From Mobula hypostoma (Eukaryota): a stretch of DNA of 64,000 bases. Shown here one piece after another: positions 27,601 to 39,600 of this stretch; the stretch's first letter is position 1; each line of letters starts with the position of its first letter. The notes under the pieces were generated by a model. That model ran no database searches, was not told the DNA's origin, and was given only the letters and a program-made list of their open reading frames with translations. The stretch lies in the NCBI RefSeq assembly GCF_963921235.1, contig NC_086107.1:115012001-115076000 (forward strand), read 5' to 3'. The translations under genes were made by a program, and so were the position numbers.

Positions 27601-30600
27601 GCAGCGGATGAGTGTCCGATCAGGAAACACGCCCCTCTGCACCCCTCAGAGAGACATCTCTCCCTTCCCTCCTTCCCCATTGCCCATCACCTCATCACGG
27701 TCTATCACTCTCCTTCCTCCCCTATCCCCTTCCCGTTGTTCTTTCCGCTACTTCCTCTTATATCCTCTCTCGTCTCTCCCCCCCTCCCCTGTATTCTCTC
27801 CCCGCTCTCCCCTTCCTCATCCTCTCCCTGCCCTCTTTCCTCCCCTCTCCTCTCTCCCTGTCCCCCACCCTCTCTCCAACTCCCCTTTCCTCCTCATCCC
27901 TCTGCGCTACTCCCTGCCCCTGCCGAATGCCACCCTCCTCTCCCCCCACGCCACACCTTACCCGATGGTCGAGGGAGGTGCGACAGCGGTGGCTCAGAAC
28001 GGGAAGGGGGTGCTCCGTCACTCCTTCCGACGGCGGGTACGGTGTCACTGAGAAGTTGACGACGAGCAGCAGAGGGGTTAGCGAGTCCTCGACGCAGACC
28101 TGGGGGTAGAGCGCGGGAGAGCAGGCCAGTTAGTGCGAGACAGAGTTAGACCCGCCCTCCAAATGCTCCAGTCTCTGCCGGTATTACCAGGATTCCCACC
28201 CTCAGAAATCCCGGGATTTCACTGTCAGAATTCCCATGATTCCACCACCTGGCACCCCAGCATCCCACAGCAAAATTCTTATGATCCATCCCATGACATT
28301 CCCATGGTCCAGCTGCAGGATTTTCGGGATCACAGCGCCTACGTTTCAGCGTCCCATTACATAATTCCTGTAATTCCACCGCCATCATTCCTAGAAAACT
28401 ATTGCAGAATTCCCGTGGTTCTAACCCCTGTAGTTACCAGGGTTCATGTGCTAGAATTGCTGGGATCCCTGCGTCTGGAGTTCCTGGATACTCTCGCTGC
28501 CTTATGCACCAGGGATCCCACAGCCGGCACTTCCAGCAAACTGTTCCTCGGGATCCATTGCCCGGCGTTCCGGGCATTACCTCGCCCGGCACCCCCGGGT
28601 TCGCACTACCTCTCGCTCCCGGGATCCCAGCACCGTTATAAGGATATCCAACCACCAGAATTCCCGGTATCTAACCGTCGACAGATGTCTTATATTTCAA
28701 TAACCTCCCATTCCCTGTATCCCATGACTACCGTCATTCCAGGAATCCCACAACCTCCTGTTGTTAGCATCTCGGCGCCCAGTGTTCCCGGGACGCCACT
28801 GAAGAAGACTGAATAGTGAGGAGTGCCGAGGAACAGAGAGACCTCTGTATATGAAGGTATACGTCGATGTATAACGGTAGGACACGCACTACAGGGGTTT
28901 GACCAAATTCCCCTTCGGGGAGGTGGTGTAATTCGGACCCCAGAGGCTATATTTTGAGGAGTAGGGTGAACACCCACCGGCAACCAAATGTTGTGCTGGA
29001 CGCACGTGCTGTCTCCGGACAGGTTGAGGGAGCGGGTGAAAGGGTGTTCGCTTGTCTCCAGCTGAGCCCGGGGAGAGTGACGATTCCTGTCCAGGTCCAG
29101 CTGGTAGGTCAGGATCACAGTCAGCGGATCTGGAGGCGGCAGAAGTGGGAAGAGTTAACACAAATCATAGTACGGGCTATTCGGTCCACTCCATTGTGCC
29201 GACCTTGTAACCTAGCCCAAGATCAATCAAATGCTTCCCATCTACATTCCATCCACTCTTCTTTCAAATACGACCTTCTCAAAAAGTTCCGTACATATCC
29301 CTAGTGTACATGTCTCTATCACACCCACCAATCCGGAAGCAAATTCCACACACCCACTACTGTGTAATAAACAACCCACCTCCGGCATTCCCGCCGCCCT
29401 ATACTCCTCTGCAATCACTTTAAGTTGATGTTCTCCCGTACTGGCACCCTGGGGGTGGGGGTGGGGGGAGAGGCTCTCTCTGTAACTCGATCTATGCCTC
29501 TTATCGTCTTGTACACTTGTATCAAACCGCCTGCTATTTTCCTTTGCTCCGAAGAGTAAAGCCCGACGTTTCCTAATGAGACGTGTCTCCTTCAGGTCCG
29601 GAAAAAACAAAACTCAGGCAAGACCGTCTACGCATAAAAATATTCATAAACGCCTGTCCGATAATCGCCCGGCGTGCGGGGCTGGGAATCACGGGCACCA
29701 CTGACTGCGCCGGGGGAAAAAAACAGCGTCGCCGGTACCAGTCTTCGACGCCCTAAACAACTCCTATTAACTCGAGGCGTGCAACACAACGCTCGCCCCA
29801 ACAGCTTCCTCTCCCAGGTGAGCAGCCGTTGTCTGTGACAGCAGCAGGCGTGGGAAGGACTCTGCAGAGAGTTAACCACCGAAAAGGTGCCGGGCCAGAC
29901 AGCATCCCAGGCCGCTTACTCGGGGAATGTGCACACCAGCTCACTGACGTCATCACGGATACCTTGCACACGTCACTCACCCAGGCTGCTGTCCCCACGG
30001 GCTTCAAATCAGCCACCATTCTACCACCTTCAGAACTAAACTTGGCACTGGCGCCAATCATCGTGCAGTGCTTTGAATGGCCTGCAATGACACACAGCAA
30101 GACTTTCATCCCTACCAAATGGACGCTTTACAAATATGCTTACCGTCAGGAACGCTCGCCAGCAGATGTCATAGCATATGCCGTGCAGCTGGTCCTGATA
30201 CGCTTAGAAAACAGGGACACTTACGTAAGAATGCCGTTTCCGGATTTCAACACTCTTGCCCCACAGACCATGGGTGTTGAACTTCCTAACCAACAGAAGA
30301 TATTCAGGATGCACAATCGCTCCTCTCCATCATCCTCAACACGGGTGCCCCCAAGGCTGTGAGCTGAGCGCACTGTACACTCTGCTCACACGTTACTTCT
30401 GCGTGAACTGTACGCCGTAACCTACGCAGTAGCGTACGCGCGTTGTGAGCATTTATACCTGTGCGTTGGAATGTTTGCGTCGCTCGGCAATGCGCGCATG
30501 TCACGCATGCGCACTCACCTGCCCGCGCAAGGCTTCATGGTCATGGTAGTCTCGGGGTAAAGACGCGAGCGTCTTTTAAAACGCAAACAACAGGAATTCT

Positions 30601-33600
30601 GCAGATGCTGGAAATTCAAGCAACACACATCAAAGTTGCTGGTGAACGCAGCGGGCCAGACAGCATCTCTAGGAGGAGGTACAGTCGACGTTTCAGGCCA
30701 AGACTAACTGAAGGAAGGGTTAGTAAGAGATTTTTCAACTGAAGGAAGAGTTAGTAATGTCGCCTGTACCTCTTCCTAGAGATGCTGCCAGGCCTGCTGC
30801 GTTCACCAGCAACTTAGATGTGTGTTGCTTGAATTTCCAGCATCTGCAGAATTCCTGTTGTTTGCATTTTAAAATTCACTACGGCGAAGCCTCTTCCGGT
30901 GATGCCTATACCGAAGAAGTTTAGGTCTACCAAGCGGACCAATCACAGCTGCTGCAGTCTGCGTGTGCGCGTCGCAGCAACGCAAACTCTCGCGTAGGGT
31001 CTGCGTCGACGCAGACCTTACGGCGACGCGTAGAGCAGAGGTATAAATCAGCCTTAAGTATAAACCAGGCTTACTGCACGGCCAAATCCCTGAGTAATCA
31101 CACTGCCAAGGTCGCTGAGGACTCTATAGTAGTCGGGCTCATCACCAACTGCCTATACCAGAGGATCTGGAAGAGCTCAAGGCCCGGTGCCGGGCAAATA
31201 ACCTCTTTCTCAATGGCATTAAGGGAAAGTAGATGGTATTCGACTTCAGAAAAAAATGCACCACCTACACCCCTCTTTACATCGGCGACACGGGCTCTCA
31301 TGGTCCCAGAACACACCCTACACTAACAAGTAAATCAAAAATGCCTCTACTTTCTGAGAAGACTGAAGAGAGCTGGACTATGTACATAAATACTCACGTC
31401 CTCCTACAGATACGTCGAGAGTATCATAACATCACCGTGCGAATTAGAAACTGTACCTTAGGGGGCAAGAAAGCTCTACAACAGGTAGTCAAAACTGGTC
31501 AACGCGTCACCAGCACTCGCAGCCTATCCCTCAACAAGGGCATACAGCAAACTACCGGAAAGGAGCCAGCAATATCGTGAAGGATCCCAGCCACCCTCCT
31601 AATGGACTGTTTGTCCCACTAACATCGGAGAGGAGACTACGTAGCATCCACGCCAGGACCACTAGACTCAAAATCTGTCACTTTCCCCAAGCAGTGAGGC
31701 TGACAAACTCCTCTACCCACTGACCCACACAACTCCCCGTCACTCTCTGTCAGAATCACGTTATGTACAGATACCCCTATACCTAGCGTCATTCTATGTA
31801 CATACGACCAATCTATCCATATAAGCCATCTTATGTATCTATATTTATTGCGTTTTTGTGTTGCATCGGGTCCGGAGTATCAATTATGTCGCTCTCTTTC
31901 ACAACGATGCACTGGAAATTACATTAAACTATTTCGATTCTCTAATCCAGGCTATATTCCGGTAAATCTCTTCGGCACCCTCTCTGATGCTTTCACATCC
32001 TTTCTATAATGAAGGGACCAGAACTGAACACGTTTGATGCGATGCAAAAATATGTTGTTCTGTGGCAGCAGTGGGGGAGGAGGGAGGGAATACCGGGAGG
32101 GAGGAGTTACCTGGAGGAGCATGTCCCTTCACTGACAGATTAAAGCAGATGCTGACGTTGTTGACGAGCCGCGTCTTGGAATCGGACCACGGACACCGGT
32201 AACTCTGCAGACCCAGCACCTCCGGCTGGAACTGCAGATCCACGTCTACCTCCAGTACCGGCCTGGAACTGCACACAATGAAGGAAAATCGGTCTCTCCA
32301 TTACTGTTACCCCATACCGAAATACGGAAGAGAGGGAGCGGTAGGAATCGGGGGTTAAGTTTGAAGACGGAGAAGCGCGGGATCAGACTACGGTGGGGCC
32401 TGAGATCGCATCGGATTGCAGGCTGTGTTCAGCGCTGTTGTGGAGTCAGAAGCCTGTGGGAGAAGGGTTATGGTGGATCAGAGGTTATCGAGCCGGGTAT
32501 GAAGGGCGGGCTGTATTGAGACCAGAGGGCGCAGGAGGCTGGACATTTCTGGGGTCGGTTGTCATGTAACGAGGCTCGGTGGAGACGGGTCTCACCGGAG
32601 GAGGACGACGTTCCCGGCCGCACTGACCACGATGTCTGTCAGTTTATCACCCGTCATGTCCATAGACCCCTGCACTGATTGTCCGAAGAACATCAGGGGC
32701 GGGGAGAATTGGCCGCCAGTGATTCGCTGTGAGGAGAGAGGAGTCAGAGCCAGTTAACTCCCCAGGTAACTGTTAGCATCCTGGAAATGGCAATCGCCCT
32801 GGCAGCGGTAACAATGCTGGCAACGCCACCACCTTGGGAAAGTTTACCATCCCGGCCGCGGAGGTAATTCCGGCACGGTCACCGCTCTTGACTCTTTAAC
32901 TTTTCCCCACCCCATTAACCCCGCACCTCACCAGCCCTTTTAATCCTCCCCAAAAACCATTAACCCCCACTGACGCCTGTGACGGGTTCCTGAATTATCC
33001 CTTATGGACTGTGCTTTTAAAAGACAGAGCGAGAGCTGTGCAGCACAAACACTTTGTTATTAAGAGAGAGACCGACGAAGACTGCTCACAGTTTGTTTGG
33101 GAATTCTGCAAGGACACTGCCAGCTTCTGAGTTCCTACAGAGAGAGACGGGAGCAGCTACTTGATGGACAGCTGGTGTTCAGCATGCTGAGACAAATACC
33201 AGGTCGGCTGGTTGTTAGACACACCTGGTTTTGGACACTGGATGAGCTTTGTTGTGCCCACAGAAAGGTGGGTTTGTACAGGATCGATCAGGAGAATCAA
33301 TCAGTGGCTCTCACAGTGTGGAAAAGGTGTGACCGGTGGGAAGTTATTAGTGTGGCCAACCCTCGCCTGGGTTGATAACTCCACCACAGAAAACAGTCCC
33401 CTTGTTGTGGTCACATTCGGTGACATCCAAAGGATTTCAGAGGACAACGGGAAGAATCGACGGCATCGGCTTGCTCGAACAACCACAACACCTCTCTACC
33501 TCTCCATCACTGCTCAACTCAATACCACAGACTGAACTGAACTTTACCCATCACCGTAAGGCTGTGTCCATTTTACCCCTAGGCTTGAAGAAGCTGGGTT

Positions 33601-33614
33601 TTCACATTTCCACA

Positions 33615-33656
<42 letters not shown>

Positions 33657-36600
33657 CTTTGCTAACCTGTTTGATTTATCTGAATTTATATTATTGTATT
33701 GCATAGTTACTAATAAATAGCATTAGTTAACAGCAATACCACACTCCAAAGTGTTTTCCATTCCTGCTGGTTCTTTAACCCATCACAGGGTACGTGTCAC
33801 CCCATTGATCTTCCCGACTCCGTTAACCTCTCTCAGATCCCGTTAACCCTTCTCCCGGCTCATTAACTTTCGTCGCCGAAGCCATATATCTTCACCAACT
33901 CTATTTACCCTATCCCTGCCCCTTTACCCTCCCCAACCCATTAATCTCCCCGGCCAACCCCATTCTGCCTATTAGCAAAAATAGAGAGGAAGGGGTGGAG
34001 AGAGCAGGGAAGGGGGTGAGGAAAGAAAGAGACAGGGGGTGAGAGATACAGAGAAGCTGTGCAGGGAGGAAATCATTGTGGGGAGAAAATGTGTTGGCTC
34101 CCGATCAGAGGAGAAGCCCCCTGTCCCCCTATCGCTTTACCTGACTGTAGCCCTTCTCCAGCCCCCCGGAGACACCCTGGTAGATGTAGACGCTGCCGCG
34201 ATGGTCATTCTCCAGCGGGGCCCCCACAGCGACGTCTGACAATCCGTCTCCGTTCAGGTCTCGGAGGACCGCGATGGAGGACCCGAAACGTCCCAGTCCA
34301 TCCCCCTCTTTACCTCGCAGTGAGCCGTTGCAGACGAAATTGCCCTGGGAGTTGGATGGGGGGAAAGAGAGGGAAGAGAGTTGCGACGGGGGGGGGGGGT
34401 GGAGGTTATCCGGTAAACCGGGAGGGGGGGGGAGACAGAGAGATGGGAGCAGAGGGGGAGAGAGGAGAAGGGGAGTGAGGTGCGAGACGGAGAGGAAGAG
34501 GACGGAATAGAAGTGGGAAACAGAGGAGGGGAAAAAGGAGAGAGAGGTGGGAGAGAAGACGGCAAAGGAAGAAAGAGGGGCGGGAGTTCGTGGGTGGTGG
34601 GGGAGAGTGGAGGAAGGGCAGAGAGTGGAGAAGAACGATCACTACTATTCCAGGTATGATAGAGATAAACAATCGTGGATACATTTTGGCATAAAGTATC
34701 AAACATTTTGCAAGTTATGGCTCTTAACTGTTTGGATTTTCTCAGTCTATAGTTCATTGGTTTGTTTCTCCCAGTAAGTTTACTTTCTGTCTTCGCTGAT
34801 CAAGGAAATTGTCTATTTTTTTCATATAGCTCTGATTGCGGTGTTTAGACTACTACAGACCTCTAGCAAAAAGAAATCGTTTTCTTTTCAGATCTTTGGC
34901 GTGTACCTACAATATTTAACTTGTATGGTAGGCATCATGGTAGAGTATCAGTTAGCGTAACGCCTTACAGCGCCAGCGACCGGTGTTCAGTTCCTGCCGC
35001 TGCCTACAAGGAGTGTGCGCGATCTCCGCGTGGTCACGTGTGTTTCCTCCAGGTGCTCCCGTTCCCTCTCACATTCCAAAGGCTTAGGGGTTAGGAGATA
35101 GTTGGTAACATAGGTGTAGTTGACCAGCGAGCGTTCAGTGGCCCAGAATGGCCCGTTACTGTGCTGTATCTCTAAATTAATAAGTAAATTACTTGCCCCA
35201 TCTAGAGGCTCCGCTTCATTACCTTTCTATAAATATTTTCTCCCATTCTTTTTCCCTAGAGTAAAACATATTTTTCAAGTTTTGATTCTATTTCCTTCCG
35301 TAAGTTTCTATAGGATCGCTTGTACATTGAAGTTTGACAAGGCCATGAAAGTTTTCATCAGTGCTTTCTCACGACTATTCATAACTTTAAGCAAGACTAT
35401 AATATAGCGGACCACGTTGGGTAGGCCGGCCAGCACGGTGGCATGGCAGCTCGCGTAAAGCCCCGATCTGGCCTCAATTCCTGGAGTTTGGAGTTAGGAG
35501 TCTGTAAGTTCTCCCCATGACTGCGTGGGTTTCCTCCGTTAGCGCTGGTTTCCTCCCACATTCGAAAGACGGAGGTTAATGTGGTTGGGGTTTGGGGTTT
35601 GTGAGTTTTTGTTTCATCCTCCTTTTTTGTGCGGGGGCAAGGGTGTTGTCTTTTCTTTCAAAGGCAGTCATGGTTTTTCTGTTTCATGGCTATCTGGAGA
35701 AGACGAATCTCAGAGTTGTATTCTGAATACATACTTTGATAATAGAATTAATCTTTGAACCTTTAAAGCTTTAGACAGTGTTGGCCGTTCAATCAAACGA
35801 CTCATTTCACTGTATGTTTCGATATTTTGATGTACATGTGATACATAAAGTTAATCTTTATCTTATCTTCTGTGTACTTAGGAGAATAACGACTCCCTCT
35901 AGCCTCTCCAAGTAAACATTCACCACTATAATATAGAACTAAGACGCGCGGAGGGAGAGCGGGGAGGGGAGTCTGTTTAGGAGATGTTAGTGCTCGGCTC
36001 TTCTCTGGCCCTCACCTCGGGAGAGAGGGAGCAGACCTTGACCATTCCGCCGTGTCCAGGCTGGTAGTAGAGAGGAGCTCCGATCAGAAGCAGATCAGTC
36101 CCACCGTCCCCATCCAGGTCTAGGACGCAGATCTCCGCGCCAAAGTAGGAACCGACCTGGGAGGGAGAGACACAAAGTGCAGTTTCCGCCACACGGTCCT
36201 AAAACACTTTCGGGGTGAGACAGAGCGCAGCCCCATCACGCCGTCGCATCATACACTCCCGCAGTGATGGTGTGATGGTTTGTTCCCACCGCCCCAACAC
36301 ACTATCAGGGTCACACATTACCGGAGTTAGACAAAGAATGAATATCCCTCCACACCGTCGGGCCCCACACTCCAATGACACCCCTCGCACACTGATTCTC
36401 TCTCTCTCTTCCTCCTCAGAGGACCGAACCTGTTCTCCGTTAATGTGCTGCATTGGTTCCCGATGGGTCTCGTTGCTTCCCTGGCCGAAGACGACGACTT
36501 TTCCCTTGTGCTGATAGCGGGGAGCACCCACCACGTAGAGGGAGGCGTTCCCATATACAGCCCTCCCCATGGAGTAACCTACAGCGAGCAGAGAGGCCGA

Positions 36601-39600
36601 AACAACATTAGTGCTGCGGGAGTGGGATCACGGAGATGGTGAGGGACGGGGTCACAGACAGGGAGGGAAGGGGTCACAGAGACAGGGAGGGAGGGCGTCA
36701 CAGAGACGTTGAGGGATGGGACCGCAGAGACGGTTAGGGACGGGGTCACAGGGACGCTGAGGGATGGTGTCACAGAGATGCTGAGGGACGGGGTCACGGA
36801 GACGCTGAGGGACGGGGTCACAGAGACTCTGAGGGACGGGGTCACGGAGACGGTTAGGGACGGGATCACAGAGACGGTTAGGGACGGGGTCACAGGGACG
36901 CTGAGGGACGGGGTCACAGAGACAGGGGGGGACGGGGTCACAGAGACGGTGAGGGACGGGGTCACAGAGACAGGGAGGGAAGGGGTCACAGAGACGCTGA
37001 GGGACGGGGTCACAGAGACAGGGAGGGAAGGGGTCACAGGGACGCTGAGGGACGGGGGCACGGAGACGGTTAGGGACGGAGTCACAGAGACAGGGAGGGA
37101 AGGCGTCACAGAGACGTTGAGGGATGGGACCGCAGAGACGGTTAGGGACGGGGTCACAGAGACGCTGAGGGACGGGGTCACGGAGACGCTGAGGGACGGG
37201 GTCACAGAGACGGTTAGGGACGGGATCACAGAGACGGTTAGGGACGGGGTCACAGAGACAGGGAGGGAAGGGGTCACAGAGACGCTGAGGGACGGGGTCA
37301 CAGAGACGGTGAGGGACGGGTCACAGAGACGCTGAGGGACGGGGTCACAGAGACAGGGAGGGACGGGTCACAGAGACGCTGAGGGACGGGGTCACAGGGA
37401 AGGTGAAGGACGGGGTCACGGAGACGCTGAGGGACGGGGTCACAGAGACGGTTAGGGACGGGATCACAGAGACGGTTAGGGACGGGGTCACAGAGACAGG
37501 GAGGGAAGGGGTCACAGAGACGCTGAGGGACGGGGTCACAGAGACGCTGAGGGACGGGGGCACAGAGACAGGGAGGGACGGGTCACAGAGACGCTGAGGG
37601 ACGGGGTCACAGAGACGCTGAGGGACGGGGTCACAGGGACGGTGAGGGACGGGGTCACAGAGACAGGGAGGAACGGGATCCCAGAGACGCTGAGGGATGG
37701 GGTCAGAGAGACGCTGAGGGACGGGGTCACAGAGACGCTGAGGGATGGGGTCACAGAGACGCTGAGGGACGGGGTCACAAGACGCTGAGAGACGGGGTCA
37801 CAGAGACGGTGAAGGATGGGGTCGCAGAGGTGGGGAGGGCGTTGCTGAGATGATAGAGGTGTCTCTTTATGGGGATTTACCATTGTTTGCATGTGGTGTA
37901 CGGGACGGATTGTGCGTGGGAGGGAGATGGGGTTTTGGGGTTCTCACGTTTTCTGGCATTCATTTGCGTTTTTCTGTTTAATGGATGTCTGTGAAGGGTA
38001 AGAATTTCCGGTTGTATACTGTATACATTCTCTGATATTAAATTGAACGACTGAATCATTGAATTGAGAGAAAGATGTGTACAGGTGAGGAAGAGTGTAG
38101 CGAGGGAGGGAGTGACAGACGGGTAGGTGAGTAGGGAAGGGATAAAGGCACAGAGAGGAGAAGGCACGGTGTCGTAGAAAGGATGTCTAGGAGAGAGGGT
38201 GTTACAGAGACGAAAGGAGTGTGGGGAGGCAAGGTTCGCAGAGACGGGTTGGTAGGAAGTGTGGAGACGTGAGGGGTGTAGGGGAGGGAGAGACTGCAGG
38301 GTCGGGGAAGATCGGAGGGGTGACAATGTAAACTCGTGTCTCCCCTCCCTAGCCCGTTCCTCTGCTCTCCTTACCTTCCAGTCCAGTCACTGGATCTCTC
38401 CATGAACCCGACACAGTTCCGCCGCGGCTTCTTTTCCCCTGCCCCCCATCACCACTCCCACCTCCCCTGCACGACCCGCCCACCCCAGTCGTTCTGTATC
38501 GTTACCTAGGTAGGAGTTCTTCATGTCGCGGTGACTCTTGGAGACGTTAATGAAGGTCCTCTTCTCGTCGTGAATCTCGACCAGGCCTCCAGACCAGTCA
38601 TAGGCCCCCACGGCGCCCAGGATGACGGAGTCCTGGAAAGGGAGGAGAGAGAGGGAGTCAGTTTTCGGGAATGCTAGCATTCATCCCATCGAGGCTATAG
38701 CGGGGTGGGAGGGGAAAGGGATGTCAACGTTTATTGTTCATCCCCAGTTGCCCTTGAGAATGCAAGTATCTTGCCAGTACAGAGCCCATCGCCAATCGAC
38801 CCTCGAGAAGATGAACAAATGCCAGCATTTTTCAGCTATCCCAATCGCCTTTTCAAATGAGGCAGACTGCAGTCTCTTTCACCCAATCATAAGTGTCCCT
38901 CGACAAGGTGCAGGGGACGCCAGCACTTATCGCCCCGGTCGCTCTTTCAGAAGGTGGGGTAAGTCTTTCTTTTCCCATCCTCTCTGGTATCGAGGATCTC
39001 GCAGCACTGGTAGCTGACGGAGTTCCGGTACTCGGAACTGGCCCCGGCGAAGGGAAGCCGAAATACTTCTGCGGTGGGTACTTAAAGGGAAGGGTGCGGC
39101 ACCTAAGGGTGATGGTCGTAGTTGTGTTCGCTTCCTCGCACTCTCTGCAGCTGTGATCCCATCTTCCCACCGCTGGGCACATCTACAAGGAGCGGTGTTC
39201 GGTGAAACCGCATACAACAACAAGGTACCCCGCCATCCGGACCAGGTTCTCTTCTCTCTGTTGCCATCATTTGATGGTGTTTCTTTGTATTGACTGTGAA
39301 TGCTCACACAAATCAATCTCAGAGTTGTACCTGGTGACATATATATACTGCGATAATAAAGTTACTTTGGACTTCTGGACTTGTTCTGTGTAAGTGTGTA
39401 AGCACGGGACGGCAGGAATGAACTTTTTGGCATCCCGGCAAAGGTATCTATATCTTGGCTAATCAGAGGCGAGAGAGAGGAGGGCAAACATTGTAGCTTT
39501 ATTCAAGAAGGGCTGTAAGGACACGACAGGGAAATGCAGGCCGATAAGTCTAACATCAGTGGTGGGGAAAGTTACTAGATGTGATTCTGGGCGACGGGAT

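Larger units (their letters stand above)
29790..31720 (+). mobile_element. Rex-Babar LINE RT fragment interrupted at THD|C by a nested insertion
   Basis: [20 protein letters not shown]...YAYR...ENRDTYVRM. The RT frame resumes at 31073 (CTAK..SNH..K.A.D...VGLI). Confidence 0.85.

Noticed and set aside
36579..37597. Mucin-like ORFs (VTPSLSVS)n and (RDGVTETL)n
   Set aside because: Products of a stop-free 24-bp minisatellite. The sense-strand ORF ends at the TAG of the exon 12 acceptor and is out of frame with the exon.
38853..39182. 109-aa ORF ending TYDWVKE, reminiscent of a Hox hexapeptide
   Set aside because: No homeodomain or supporting exon nearby; it adjoins a retroposon tail at 39280-39380 and is probably repeat-derived.
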